A stretch of 63,014 nt of DNA, filler included, from Globobulimina sp. (Eukaryota): the NCBI GenBank assembly GCA_003354225.1. It is 24 parts of 24 records of this genome, joined end to end, with 100 filler letters (N's around TTAATTAATTAA, not from the genome) between each part and the next. Parts side by side here need not be neighbours in the genome. Positions count along the whole stretch, not along the records: positions 47,346 to 49,874 come from PIVH01006156.1; positions 49,975 to 52,502 come from PIVH01006157.1; positions 52,603 to 55,130 come from PIVH01006158.1; positions 55,231 to 57,758 come from PIVH01006159.1; positions 57,859 to 60,386 come from PIVH01006160.1; positions 60,487 to 63,014 come from PIVH01006161.1; 18 more parts are not named here. One strand, 5' to 3'. Below the pieces are notes generated by a model. The model worked only from the letters and a program-made list of their open reading frames with translations, made no database searches and was not told the DNA's origin. Numbering within the stretch: position 1 is the first letter of the stretch; each line of letters starts with the position of its first letter. Both the position numbers and the translations under genes were made by a program. Shown here in pieces: positions 49,496-60,501 of this stretch.

Positions 49496-49764
49496 TATTT
49501 GTCGCCATCGCGGATATTTCCCTTTAAAACAACTTTTACCCCAATAAAACTGTATAGTTTTATTATATTATCGAAATCAATGCAATATATTATTAGTAGA
49601 ATTGAATAACATTTAAACGTATAGCTTGCGCATCCATTGCAATTACTGTTTGTCCTCCTGATCCATGCATATCGCTCATCATTAAAGATGAGGACATCTA
49701 GCTGACAAAAAAAACTACAAAACACCTAAAAAAGCATAATAAAAGCGCACCGTGTCAAATCAGT

Positions 49765-49874
49765 AAAAATCAATTAAATCAAATTAAATTATTAAATTAT
49801 ATTAAATCATTCAATTAAATCAATTAAAACATATTAAATTATTAAATTGTATTAAATTATTTTAAATTATATTG
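49765..49874. repeat. AT-rich minisatellite (ATTAAAT[C/T])
   Basis: Degenerate tandem ATTAAATC/ATTAAATT units up to the contig end. Confidence 0.75.
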
Positions 49875-50134
49875 NNNNNNNNNNNNNNNNNNNNNNNNNN
49901 NNNNNNNNNNNNNNNNNNTTAATTAATTAANNNNNNNNNNNNNNNNNNNNNNNNNNNNNNNNNNNNNNNNNNNNATATTTGAATGTTGCAATATTACAAT
50001 ATTTTAAAAAAAAGTTATTTGTTTTGAGCACTTTACGGTAAAAACAATGTACAGCATTGGCGACTTGGCGTGCAAGGATAACAATTAAAATATAATAACT
50101 ACAATAATTTTTTACAAAACTATACACCGGTAAT

Positions 50135-51778
50135 TCATACAAAATCATTATATTGTGCTTTTTGTCCATAATCCCCAGCACCATAATCATATGGATTTTC
50201 TTGTGAATTTTGTGATGCTTCAATCTCATTTGGATTTCGTATAATTGGCGGTAATTTTCGCATTGAATCGCTATTCATTATTTTTTCATGAACAGCTGTT
50301 AAATGTAGAGCATTACCACTGACTCTATTTTGATTTTGATTGGAATATGATGGATGATTAACCATCATAGAATTGCTAAGAGGCGCATTCAAATTCCGAT
50401 CCTGATTCGGATTTGAATGCGATCCAACACCATATTGCAAATCCAAATTACTTTGTAAGCTTCCACCCATTTGCATTTGTGGTGGTATTTGCATTGGACT
50501 CACAACAAAATCCACATTAAAATTGCTCTGTGATCCACTTACAGCCATTTGCATTGGATTTACACCATAATTTTCATTCAAATTACTTTGCGATCCACCC
50601 CCTATTGGCATCTGTGGCTGCATTTGCGGCGGCATTTGTGACTGTATTTGCATTGGATTTACACCATAATTCTCATTCAAATTACTTTGCGATCCACCAC
50701 TTATTTGCTGATTAATATTCTGCTGCATTTGCGGCGGTATTTGCATTGGATTTACACCATGATTCTCATTCAAATTGCTTTGCGATCCACCACCTATTAA
50801 TTGCATCTGTGGCTGCATTTGTGGCTGTATTTGCATTGGATTTACACCATTTATATTTGCTGGCAATTGTCCATGTGGCTGATGTGGGTTTACATTAATT
50901 ATATTTAAATTATAATTTAATTGATTTATCATAGCAGTATTATGGTCGGCATAGGCACTCAACATTTCCATACTAATCTGAGGTCGATGTCCATGCATAT
51001 GCCCAGGGCCACTTTCTTCCGCCACAGGTGTTATTTGGGTCAAATATGCTATTTCTTGACTGCCATTGCTATTGCTACCAATATGGATATGCTCCATCTT
51101 GACCCGTTGCTTTGCAGTCTTTTTCTGTGCACCAAAAGCATGCGTTTCTTTATGTTCGTGACTGGAGATTGGCGAAGTTCCCGTTCCGATACGTTTCCGC
51201 ACGGTTAATATGCCATACGTTGAATTGATGCGACTCTGATACGCCGTTTGATAGTTTAATTCAAACGAATGTTGCGGCGATTTCTGTCTTCGCTCAGTAA
51301 TATTTAACTGTATTTCTTGTTTAATGGAAGTAATCCATTGTTGCGATATCGTTTTTGATTTGTTGTTGAAACTATAATTTGCATATATTATGATAGCCAA
51401 TGTAGTGACGGATAGAAATAAAAATGCAGCCCAACAAGTTTGGTTAATTGTGTTGTTTGTGTAATTTGAATAATCGCAGCTGTTTGAAGCGGTTGTTATA
51501 ATGTTACAGAGATAAAATATATACAGAGCCCATACAGCAGCAATTAAAACACATATTGTCAACAATAGGAAACTCCAACATTTTAGCCGTTTGAATTTCA
51601 TTAATACTTCAGTATGTTGGTAGACTTGTTCATGATCAGTGTTTCTTACAATTTCATCAATCTCTTGCAATATTTCTCTCACAAGAAAGGAATTGTGAAC
51701 AGGTTTCATATACACCTGTTTGAATTTTGTGGGGTTAGGAACCGTTAATTCGAATTGAAGTTCAGAGAGGAGTGACAT
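50135..51778 (-). CDS. 2-TM membrane protein with a Q/N/P/M-rich repeated cytoplasmic tail
   Basis: Two TM helices; about 5 copies of GGSQSNLNEN(Y/H)GVNPMQ-like repeats. Confidence 0.75.
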   Translation of the reverse strand: MSLLSELQFELTVPNPTKFKQVYMKPVHNSFLVREILQEIDEIVRNTDHEQVYQHTEVLMKFKRLKCWSFLLLTICVLIAAVWALYIFYLCNIITTASNSCDYSNYTNNTINQTCWAAFLFLSVTTLAIIIYANYSFNNKSKTISQQWITSIKQEIQLNITERRQKSPQHSFELNYQTAYQSRINSTYGILTVRKRIGTGTSPISSHEHKETHAFGAQKKTAKQRVKMEHIHIGSNSNGSQEIAYLTQITPVAEESGPGHMHGHRPQISMEMLSAYADHNTAMINQLNYNLNIINVNPHQPHGQLPANINGVNPMQIQPQMQPQMQLIGGGSQSNLNENHGVNPMQIPPQMQQNINQQISGGSQSNLNENYGVNPMQIQSQMPPQMQPQMPIGGGSQSNLNENYGVNPMQMAVSGSQSNFNVDFVVSPMQIPPQMQMGGSLQSNLDLQYGVGSHSNPNQDRNLNAPLSNSMMVNHPSYSNQNQNRVSGNALHLTAVHEKIMNSDSMRKLPPIIRNPNEIEASQNSQENPYDYGAGDYGQKAQYNDFV

Positions 51779-51847
51779 GGTTCTAAATGGTTTTTCAATA
51801 CTACTGTACTATTTTTTTTCTTGCTACAGTTCCCATTTAATTTAATA

Positions 51848-52278
51848 ATGGCAGGCGAACAAACAAAATTAATAAGCACTTCACTGCCATCAACAAAACC
51901 GCATCCCCGCACCCCATTTCCTCTGACAGATGAATCATTTGTTGTCGCAACATCATTTCGCCAAGAAATTAAACTGACTTTTCAACGATGTATGTTGATA
52001 TCAGTGCAAATGCTGTCAGAATTGGGAGCAATCGTCGTAGCAATAATATTTGTTGGTCAACTGCCAAACAGTGCATTTTATTTAGCCGGTGTTGGTTTTG
52101 CACGGACGTTTGTCAACGTGACCGGAACCGCAATGTCATGGGGATTCACAACATCATTGTTCACACTTTTGCCGCAAGCAATTGGCGCTGGACATTCAAG
52201 GCATGCATCAATTCACGTTCAGAGAGCGTTTTATGTTGTAACCATTGTAGCCGCCATGCTTTCTACAATACAATTATT
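51848..52278 (+). CDS. MATE-family transporter, N-terminal fragment interrupted by foreign sequence
   Basis: IIFVGQL, LAGVGFA..FVNVTG, L.TLLPQAIGAG and VQRA. Confidence 0.88.
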
Positions 52279-52502
52279 CTTACTTTTATGAGTTATATCA
52301 AACCCTAGAAGCCTGGTTTTTATTATTTTATTCAGGATTTTGAATTGTTCTTCTGTTTGATAATTGACAGTTATTTTATCAAACCCTTTTCTATAAGTGT
52401 TTGTTATTAATGTCCTTATTAATGATTCAACAAGTCCTGTTAATTCGATTGTTGTTTCTAATTTTTCCTTGTTTCCTTGTTTCGAAATTATTAAATCCTT
52501 AT
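52258..52502 (-). CDS. Fragment resembling an archaeal AbrB-PhoU-type phosphate uptake regulator (not in the ORF track)
   Basis: KDLIISKQGNKEKLETTIELTGLVESLIRTLITNTYRKGFDKITVNYQTEEQFKILNKIIKTRLLGFDITHKSKNNCIVES carries the Y..G(Y/F)D.I and L.GF(E/D)I motifs. Confidence 0.65.
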
Positions 52503-52830
52503 NNNNNNNNNNNNNNNNNNNNNNNNNNNNNNNNNNNNNNNNNNNNTTAATTAATTAANNNNNNNNNNNNNNNNNNNNNNNNNNNNNNNNNNNNNNNNNN
52601 NNGTTGAGTGGCTTGTGAGTTATATTTAAATTCTGAAGGTTGCGATCTTTTGATTAATGGACCTCTGCCTGCTTGGAATTGTGGTTCATTGTGCTTTTCT
52701 TCATTATTTTCACTTCCTCTGCGATTCAGTCTGTTTTGCAGAGGAACAGAAGCGATGGATGACGACAGAGAGTGGTTTAACTCCGCCATTGGTCGAGAGT
52801 GTATTAAAGGGCGATGCATGTGTTATACAA

Positions 52831-55130
52831 TTTTTTTTTTTTCTTCAAAACTTTAAGAAATAAATTAAAGATTTCACCTAATACACAAGCAAGGAACACT
52901 AATAAATAGTACACACAAACATGGATACAGGCCCTTTTATTTGGTTGTGAGGCCAATGAACAAAGGTAAATATAAAATATTTGAAACTAGTACATAGGTA
53001 CTAAAGTTTCCTTAATCCGATATGATCGGAGATATATTCGTTAGGTCCACTTGGTATAGGTAGTTAAATCGTTTTGTTTCTTTCACGAATTGAAAAAGGG
53101 TTTTCCATATTGCTACTTGGATTGTTACTTCTAGTTCGTCGACAATGTCTGGTGGGCGTCTAATTGTATATGGATAAAATAGGTCTTGTAAATGGATGCG
53201 TGCTCCATTTCTAAAGCCAATCCATATATTTTCGAGCGAATCAACCATCCTACGTCGTTGGTTAATATATTTCGGGCAATTTATAAAGTAATGATGGATT
53301 GTCTCTTTTTTATTTAATATGCATTGTCTACAATTTGGGGAATCAATTTGTGAGTTATCAGTATCTTTAAATTTATGGGTAAATAGGAAATTGTTTAGTT
53401 CAATATGTCCAGAAATTATTCTATTTAGTATTGCTGATTCGTCTTTATTTAGGTATCTAATTATTTTATTGAGTTTATTGTGGAGAGTTGGATTATAATT
53501 AAACATTTTGAAGCTATCCTGACTGGGTTTTGTATGTCGTTTCGCCCATCTTTCGCTCCAATTATATCTAATTTGTTTGTGTAGCTGTGTAATGGTGGTA
53601 TTATACGATATTTCATTATAGTGATTCTGATCAAATTTTGAATGTTTTGCTGCAAAGTTTGCTAAGCGATCAACTTCATCATTAAAGACATTATTATTAT
53701 GGGATTTGATTTTAATGAAAGAAATTACGATATTTGGTTTATTTTGTTGTATTTGTAGTAACTTAATGAATATGTTTTCAATTATTAATTTAGTTTCATT
53801 GTAACGTGGGTAATTCTGTCCATTTATGAATTGGAGGACAGGAAGGTTATCAACATAGATTTTATAATGGGAATTATCATTATTTGGGCAGTTTAATATA
53901 TAGTTTAGCATCATATGGATTGCTTCAATCTCGGCAGTTGTGATTGTGACTGGAATTTTAAAATAATATACCTTTTTATATGGGTATCTGTGTGCTGGTT
54001 GAGATGGGATATAAACTGCAGAGCCTCCTTTGCCCGGATTTGGGTCACAAGAGCCATCTGTAAATGATATAATTACTGAGTTATCTGTTGGATTTGTTGG
54101 GAATTCTGGTGAGAATTTTACTGTATAGTTTCGAGGGAGTTGTGATAGATTATAAGTGGGAGAAGATGTGACTTGGATTTTGTTCATTTCCTCAAAATTC
54201 AGAGTTAGTGCTTTTATTTGCGAATTATTTTGACAGTATTTTGAAGCAATTATTAATGGATTTTTATTGAGATTTGTGAATTTATTCGGTTTATTTTTAT
54301 TATTTCTGCGGTAGTTATGATTGTTGATCGTTTGTTGGTATTTTATTAATTGTTTGTACGTTTTATGTAGAGGGTGGTATGAGTCGTTATAGTAAACTCT
54401 CGCCAGTTGCCGCATAGTTAAATAATGGGCTCTATTGTTGATTGGCTCTAATTTTAGGATAAATTGGAGGATATCAATTGGAGTATCTAAGCGGCTCGGA
54501 ATCGCTAATCGGATGAACTTATTTTGGAGGGTTGGCAGTAAATTATTTGAATCATATGGAAAATAGTGTGTTAATCCGTATTCTATTCTGGATCTTGCCA
54601 AAGATTTATAGAGTACCATAATGGATAACGGAGTTAGATTTATTCCGGATTTAATGGTAAAATATAGTCGCCAGAAACTACGCATTGTTTTGGCTCTGAT
54701 TTTCGCAAAATGTGCATGGAAATTTAGCCTCTCATCAAACCATAATCCGAGATATCTGGCTGTTGGTTCATATTGGATTGGATGTTGGTGGATGTAATAT
54801 TTGCTTATTTTTATTGTTTTATGTGAAATGTGATCAGTTTTCTGGGTATATTTAGGATAGTATTTGATAGGATTTCCATGCGAAAAGTTCATGGATGTAC
54901 ATTTTGATGGATTTATAAGGAGCTGCCACTTATCACACCAATCACTAAAATTATTCAATTCTTTTTGGAGGAATTTATATCTGAGTGGATCTTTTGTGCC
55001 AGGACTGGTCCAAAAGGCAGTGTCGTCTGCAAAACATGCAAAATGGACGTAATTTGGGAATTTTATTTCAAAATCATTGGTAAATATTATGTAAAGGATA
55101 GGAGAGAGGGCAGAGCCTTGTGGCACTCCA
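52831..55130 (-). mobile_element. LINE 3' half: RT, RNase H and C-terminal Cys/His finger (ORF 53012-55126), 3' UTR and poly(A)
   Basis: PQGSALSP, FADD and YLG (RT); FTDGS, AEIEAI, YVDN, KSH and ND.VDRLA (RNase H); C..C......ETIHH.F..CP; A12 tail at 52831-52842. Confidence 0.95.
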
Positions 55131-55230
55131 NNNNNNNNNNNNNNNNNNNNNNNNNNNNNNNNNNNNNNNNNNNNTTAATTAATTAANNNNNNNNNNNNNN
55201 NNNNNNNNNNNNNNNNNNNNNNNNNNNNNN

Positions 55231-55694
55231 TTATTGATAATAATTCTTTCATTAATATGCATTTTTGTTATTTCAGTATCGAATCTATTTAATTTATTGT
55301 TGTAGATCATGAGTTTACATTTGTTAGCGTTAAAACTATACTCCCAGTTTTTGCTATGGTTCTCACATATTTTGATTAATTTTTTGAGGTGGTCAATACG
55401 ATTGGAGGTAATAGCAAGGTCATCGCAGAAAGCAATTACTGAAATTAATTCACCAATGTTAGGGCAGATGGCACCGAATTCAGTGTTTGTTAACTCTTTT
55501 AAAAGGTCGTCCATAAAAACTGCAAAAAGTATTGGGCTAAGCACTGATCCTTGTAATACTCCATTTATTAAATCGTATGCAGAATCAATGAAAGATTTGT
55601 TTTTGATTGCACTCTTTGAATTATCATATATTGCACATAAAATTTTGCAGAGGTTAGGGGAAATATTTTTATTTTTTAATAATTTAAAAAACAA
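55231..55694 (-). mobile_element. 5'-truncated non-LTR reverse transcriptase fragment (a different family)
   Basis: GVLQGSVLSPILF..FMDDL, FCDD and FNANKC. Confidence 0.88.
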
Positions 55695-55700
55695 AATCTG

Positions 55701-55836
55701 ATTAGTAATTATTTAGTAATTATTTCAAAACAAAAACGATAATGTGTAACTATTTAGTAACTATTTAGAAACCTAGGCTATTCCTCAACGATTTAGCAAC
55801 TATTTAGTTACTATTTTAGAAACTATTTAGGGGGGG
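55701..55836. repeat. Cluster of 11-nt (T/C/A)AACTATTTAG repeats ending in G7
   Basis: About 7 degenerate copies abutting the RT truncation point. Confidence 0.7.
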
Positions 55837-55921
55837 TTATCCAAGCAGAGGGTAATCTTTTGGAATATATCGTTAAGGCCAAAAAGAAGTTTCTTGAAAA
55901 TTCTAGCTAGTGGTTGTAATT

Positions 55922-56632
55922 ATGGCTTCCTTAAATTCAGCATCCACATTACCATCAACAATTGCAGGAAATAATTCATTGCAACCTCAGTCACCAAATC
56001 AAATGAATTATTTAGATGATACATCGTCGATTGCAATGTTTACAGCTGTTGGCCACGTCGGCTTACATTTAGTGATAAGACCATTGATTCGGTGGGGGAT
56101 AAAATCCTTTATAATGCCATCAAAGCAGTATACGTATATTGATAATAATAATGATAAAAATGAAAAAAAGTCATCATCAGCTAGTTTAGAATCAGAATCA
56201 AAAATTAAATCAGAATTATTGGAAGAAAATAAAAATAAATCTTTTATAAAATCCAAAAAACAGAAGAATTTAAGTAATGTAAACAATGGTTTAGCCGGAC
56301 CATACTCAGAAATTGTGTGCACATTTGGTTCATTGGCAGGAATATCATATACGGTCCATCCACAAAATGTGTTATTATATTTTGGCATTACATACCCTTC
56401 AATGCCGTTTATATTGCGGGTTTTACATACTTTGAATGACAGAAAATCAAAATTAACATTATCAAGAACTGTTCGATTGACAGGAAAGTCATTGTTGGTT
56501 ACTGGAGGTTTTGGAGTTTCAATGGCTTTGGTTGGAGTATTACTGCAAGCAATACCATTTTTTAACATTTTTTGTCTTGCATTTTGGGATTGCTTTGCTG
56601 ATTTTGCAATATCAGATGGGCCGAATAAATAA
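55922..56632 (+). CDS. Hypothetical multi-pass membrane protein
   Basis: About 236-aa ORF with 3-4 hydrophobic segments. Confidence 0.6.
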   Translation: MASLNSASTLPSTIAGNNSLQPQSPNQMNYLDDTSSIAMFTAVGHVGLHLVIRPLIRWGIKSFIMPSKQYTYIDNNNDKNEKKSSSASLESESKIKSELLEENKNKSFIKSKKQKNLSNVNNGLAGPYSEIVCTFGSLAGISYTVHPQNVLLYFGITYPSMPFILRVLHTLNDRKSKLTLSRTVRLTGKSLLVTGGFGVSMALVGVLLQAIPFFNIFCLAFWDCFADFAISDGPNK

Positions 56633-56752
56633 CAATTATGACTTCGAAAACTAGCTCTGACTTGACTCACTTCCTTTAAATTGTCGATTTATTTATTGGA
56701 CAAAAAGATTTATTAAACTGTATATCAATGATCGATTTATGTCATTTATGAT

Positions 56753-57655
56753 TTACACAAGTTTAAATTCAACATCACCTATATTTTCAAATACTGATTC
56801 AGTCACATCACCAACATTTACAAAATTACATCCAGTGACTGTTCCTGTTGAAATAAACTGGCCTTCCAACACAGTTTCACTTTTTTGCAATAAATGATTA
56901 TAAACACATAATAAGGAATTGAATGGTGATCCCATCACTTCTCTGCCGTAGCCAATACCTTTTTGTTCATTATTGATATATATTTCCACCGCCGCATCCT
57001 GTAATTCTCGATCGTATTGTTTCCACGAAGACTGTCTTAAATCAGATAAATTTGATTGTGAACCTATAACAATGCCGCCAGTCCAACATAAGTCTGCAAT
57101 TAAATATTGTATTGGTAAGTTAAATATAGATTCGTTATCAATTATTCGTGGCTCAATTAACTCAAATCCGGGATATATACAATCAACCAAAGGATATATA
57201 TCTTCCAATACAATTTTATCCTTATTCTCAATCGACAATGTCTCGCCAATTTTAAATATAAATTCTGATTCTAAACCAATTGTTAATCCCTGCTTTTTTT
57301 CTGCCGCTTTATTATTAACATAATGCCAAATATTATAGAATGGCGATACAAATGGTTCTGATATGTCCCAAATGGTTCTGATATTACTTGCTGTTCCACC
57401 AATTTTATATCCGCATAATTGATATTTATCACTTTGAGATTCTAAAATTTTTGATACACTTTCTTGTATTTTATATGCATCCTCAACAGTTTTAATTTGT
57501 CCGTTTGATTCAACAAATGCTTCGATAGTCTGTGTTTTTTCTGATTCAATCAATTCAACCAACGCAGCACACTGCTTATCAATGCTTGATAATGGTTTTT
57601 TCTTTGGCGCAAACCGTACTGATATTTGATGCAAACGATGAAGCCGTGTTGACAT
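56753..57655 (-). CDS. 2-keto-4-pentenoate hydratase-like (FAA hydrolase superfamily) with a putative mitochondrial presequence
   Basis: DAYKIQ, GYKIG, ESEF.F, GFELIEPR, IAD and GQFISTGT; Arg-rich, acid-free N-terminus MSTRLHRLHQISVRF. Confidence 0.88.
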   Translation of the reverse strand: MSTRLHRLHQISVRFAPKKKPLSSIDKQCAALVELIESEKTQTIEAFVESNGQIKTVEDAYKIQESVSKILESQSDKYQLCGYKIGGTASNIRTIWDISEPFVSPFYNIWHYVNNKAAEKKQGLTIGLESEFIFKIGETLSIENKDKIVLEDIYPLVDCIYPGFELIEPRIIDNESIFNLPIQYLIADLCWTGGIVIGSQSNLSDLRQSSWKQYDRELQDAAVEIYINNEQKGIGYGREVMGSPFNSLLCVYNHLLQKSETVLEGQFISTGTVTGCNFVNVGDVTESVFENIGDVEFKLV

Positions 57656-57915
57656 GAGGCTCTTTGTAAAGTCGCTACTGTTTTAATTACTAAGATTAAA
57701 AACAGCTTAAACAGCTTAAATAAATCTTTTTGTTCGCGTTGACGGGATTAATCCTTTCNNNNNNNNNNNNNNNNNNNNNNNNNNNNNNNNNNNNNNNNNN
57801 NNTTAATTAATTAANNNNNNNNNNNNNNNNNNNNNNNNNNNNNNNNNNNNNNNNNNNNGCAACAAATCAATATAAACTATAAACTATAAAATAATTTAAA
57901 ATTTATAATTAACAG

Positions 57916-59267
57916 ATAATCATACATTATCTCCGGGGATATCATGCACATTGCATCCATTAACCACCAAACCAAATCGCAGAAAAGATGGTTTCATCGA
58001 ATATCATCCTGAAACAGCATTATTATCTGAGTTACGCGGCGCCACTAAAGAGGTAAAAATATCCTTTGCTTTTTTTAGAAACGAAGAATTTGCGCAAACA
58101 TTAGCATCCATAGTAACCATATTAAAATCTGTAAATTGGAAAATTGTTTTAGGTGAATGTAGTGTCACCGATTATAATTATAAAAAAGCAACAAATATTA
58201 TAGCTGATACTGCAAAACAACATTCTCAAAAATTTAAAGCAAAAATTTTATTTGGTGATAAACGGAAACATTTCGGCAAAATGCATTGGAAATATGCATC
58301 GATTGATAGTCATATTTATTACATCGGATCATGGCAACCAACAAAATGCGCCAATCGAAATAATGAAGAAATTGGTGCGATAATAAAACTGCATATAAAT
58401 TCAGTCGATATTTGGGAAAATGAATTCGATGCAATGTTTAATGGTCTACAGACCAGAGATCTTTTGTCAATATGGAAAAAAAACATTATTTTACCAATGT
58501 TGCAACAAAAAAAACAATTACAAAAAGAGATGGAAGCGGAAATTAATGCAATTAAAAAGAAATATGGTGCTGGAATGTACCAAATAGATAAACAAATCGA
58601 GAGGTTTATTGGTAATGATAATACAAATTATAATGCAATAAATGTGCGCAAAGCATCACCATTGTTGTTACAAAATGTGTTTCTGAATAAAATACCAAAA
58701 TTTGATCTGACTGCATTTAATCCGATACCACTGTTGGTTGATAACAACAGATTTTGTGATAAAGATCAAATTGTATATGTTGTCCGTATCAGAGATGATG
58801 AGAACAGTGCTCCCTATAAAGATTATGCAATGTTCAAAAGAGACATGGGATTCGGAGAAGAAGCATTGTGGGATAAAGACGCAAAGAATAGAATTAAAAG
58901 TGGTGATTTTTTAGGATTTATTGTTGGTACAAAGGAGAAATGTAAAATGAAAGTGGAAGTATATAAAGTCATCGATGAAAAACCCACCAAATATCGGAAA
59001 AAAGCATGGAAAGCAACGCAATATACACAACAGCAGGTCACTAATATTGGGCGAGATCGTGAAGTGATTGTTTTGAGTGAAATCTGTACAACAATGAGTT
59101 GGGAAAAATGGTGTGCTGCTGTTGGTTATAAGTGGTTCATTCCGAGAGGAACAATGAAAGCAAGAAACCCATTCGATCCAAAATGGAAAAATAAAAATAA
59201 AATAAAATGGCAAACCAATCAGAAAATCGTGTCATTTTGTTACTTTACCATCTGTTTTTTCTTGTAA
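57916..59267 (+). CDS. PLD/Nuc-family (single HKD) nuclease-like domain, coiled coil and PUA/EVE-like C-terminal domain; 5' exon(s) missing
   Basis: MHWKYASID-x6-GSWQ.T..A...NEE matches HxK(x)4D(x)6GSxN plus the Nuc N.E motif; the frame opens at acceptor AACAG (57915). Confidence 0.75.
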
Positions 59268-59471
59268 TGCCATTTCAATATTTGTATTATTTGTAATCTT
59301 CTTTATATGGAATTTTTAATACATTTTCAACTTCGTGTCCTTGTTTTTGTACCTGTCTTCTGCTGCGGTGCACTTGTGGTTTTCCAACTTTTTCTCGTCC
59401 CCCATTCGTCATAGCGTTACTGGCGTTTATATGTACTCTCAAAGTCAAGAAAAAAATTGACAGCTTGAATC

Positions 59472-60386
59472 ATGGGTCTATTCTCAGACAGTCAACATGC
59501 TCAAATCCCAAACAGGATCATTGTGACACTCGCACCGCTTCACAATTCCATTATTTTGGTGTATCATCTATACCACGCCTTGAAAAGAATAAAATCACAA
59601 TCTCATATTATATACTTTTCCATCATATCAATGGTTCTAATGGTTATCTTTCAAATTGAGATGTTTTTCACAATAAATCGATTATTTCCAAGATCATCAT
59701 TAAATTGTTCAATTATTCTGAAAGTAAATACCTCCATTTGGCTTCTCTCCAAAATTTCATTATATGTCCTATTTTTGGAGCGATTATTTACTGTGTTTGA
59801 TGGCAGCAACTTTTCATTTAAAAACTGTCAAATATATGGATCACGAATAATATTATCAACCTGGTTGTTATTTTTAATCGTCCTGTCGTTTGCAGTTAGT
59901 GATGGCGAGGAAAGCGCAGAAATTGCAGGTTTATGTAGGTCAAAAACGCCTTTTTGGCTGATTGCAGTGGGCGCATTTACTGACTTTGTTGTCTGTACTG
60001 TCATTTCAGTATTATTTTGTCGACGATTGCTGTTATTAAATATTGCATTTTCAGGACCAAGTTGTTCTGGTTCTGGGTCGTCGGTGCTCTCAACAACCGG
60101 TTCTGGGTCGAAAGAAACAGCGAAAGAAAGCAGTGAACCTAAGTTGCAAATGAAATTAATTAAAGTATTGACTAGATCGACCTTGTTAAGTTGCGTGGCT
60201 TTAATGACAACGGAATTGAGTTTAATTGTGTCGTCTGTATTTGGGTTAAGCGGAATGTGGATATCAATAGATTTTATGGTGAATGCATGGTGCGTCTTAT
60301 TGATGTTTAGTGTCTATCGACGAGCGTATAATTTGATATGTTGTCGAGCTAAAAAAATGGTTACTATTCATTGTTTGCAATGTTAT
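59472..60386 (+). CDS. 7TM GPCR-like protein, 3' partial
   Basis: Seven hydrophobic segments, Cys at the top of TM3 and in ECL2; SKISLYVLFLERLFTVFDGSNF shared with the 10833 gene. Confidence 0.75.
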
Positions 60387-60501
60387 NNNNNNNNNNNNNN
60401 NNNNNNNNNNNNNNNNNNNNNNNNNNNNNNTTAATTAATTAANNNNNNNNNNNNNNNNNNNNNNNNNNNNNNNNNNNNNNNNNNNNGTTTTGACTTTTTA
60501 G

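Noticed and set aside
2533-60486. Regularly spaced TTAATTAATTAA palindromes every 2.63 kb
   Set aside because: Artificial linkers embedded in N runs; ORFs ending in X...LIN are artefacts.
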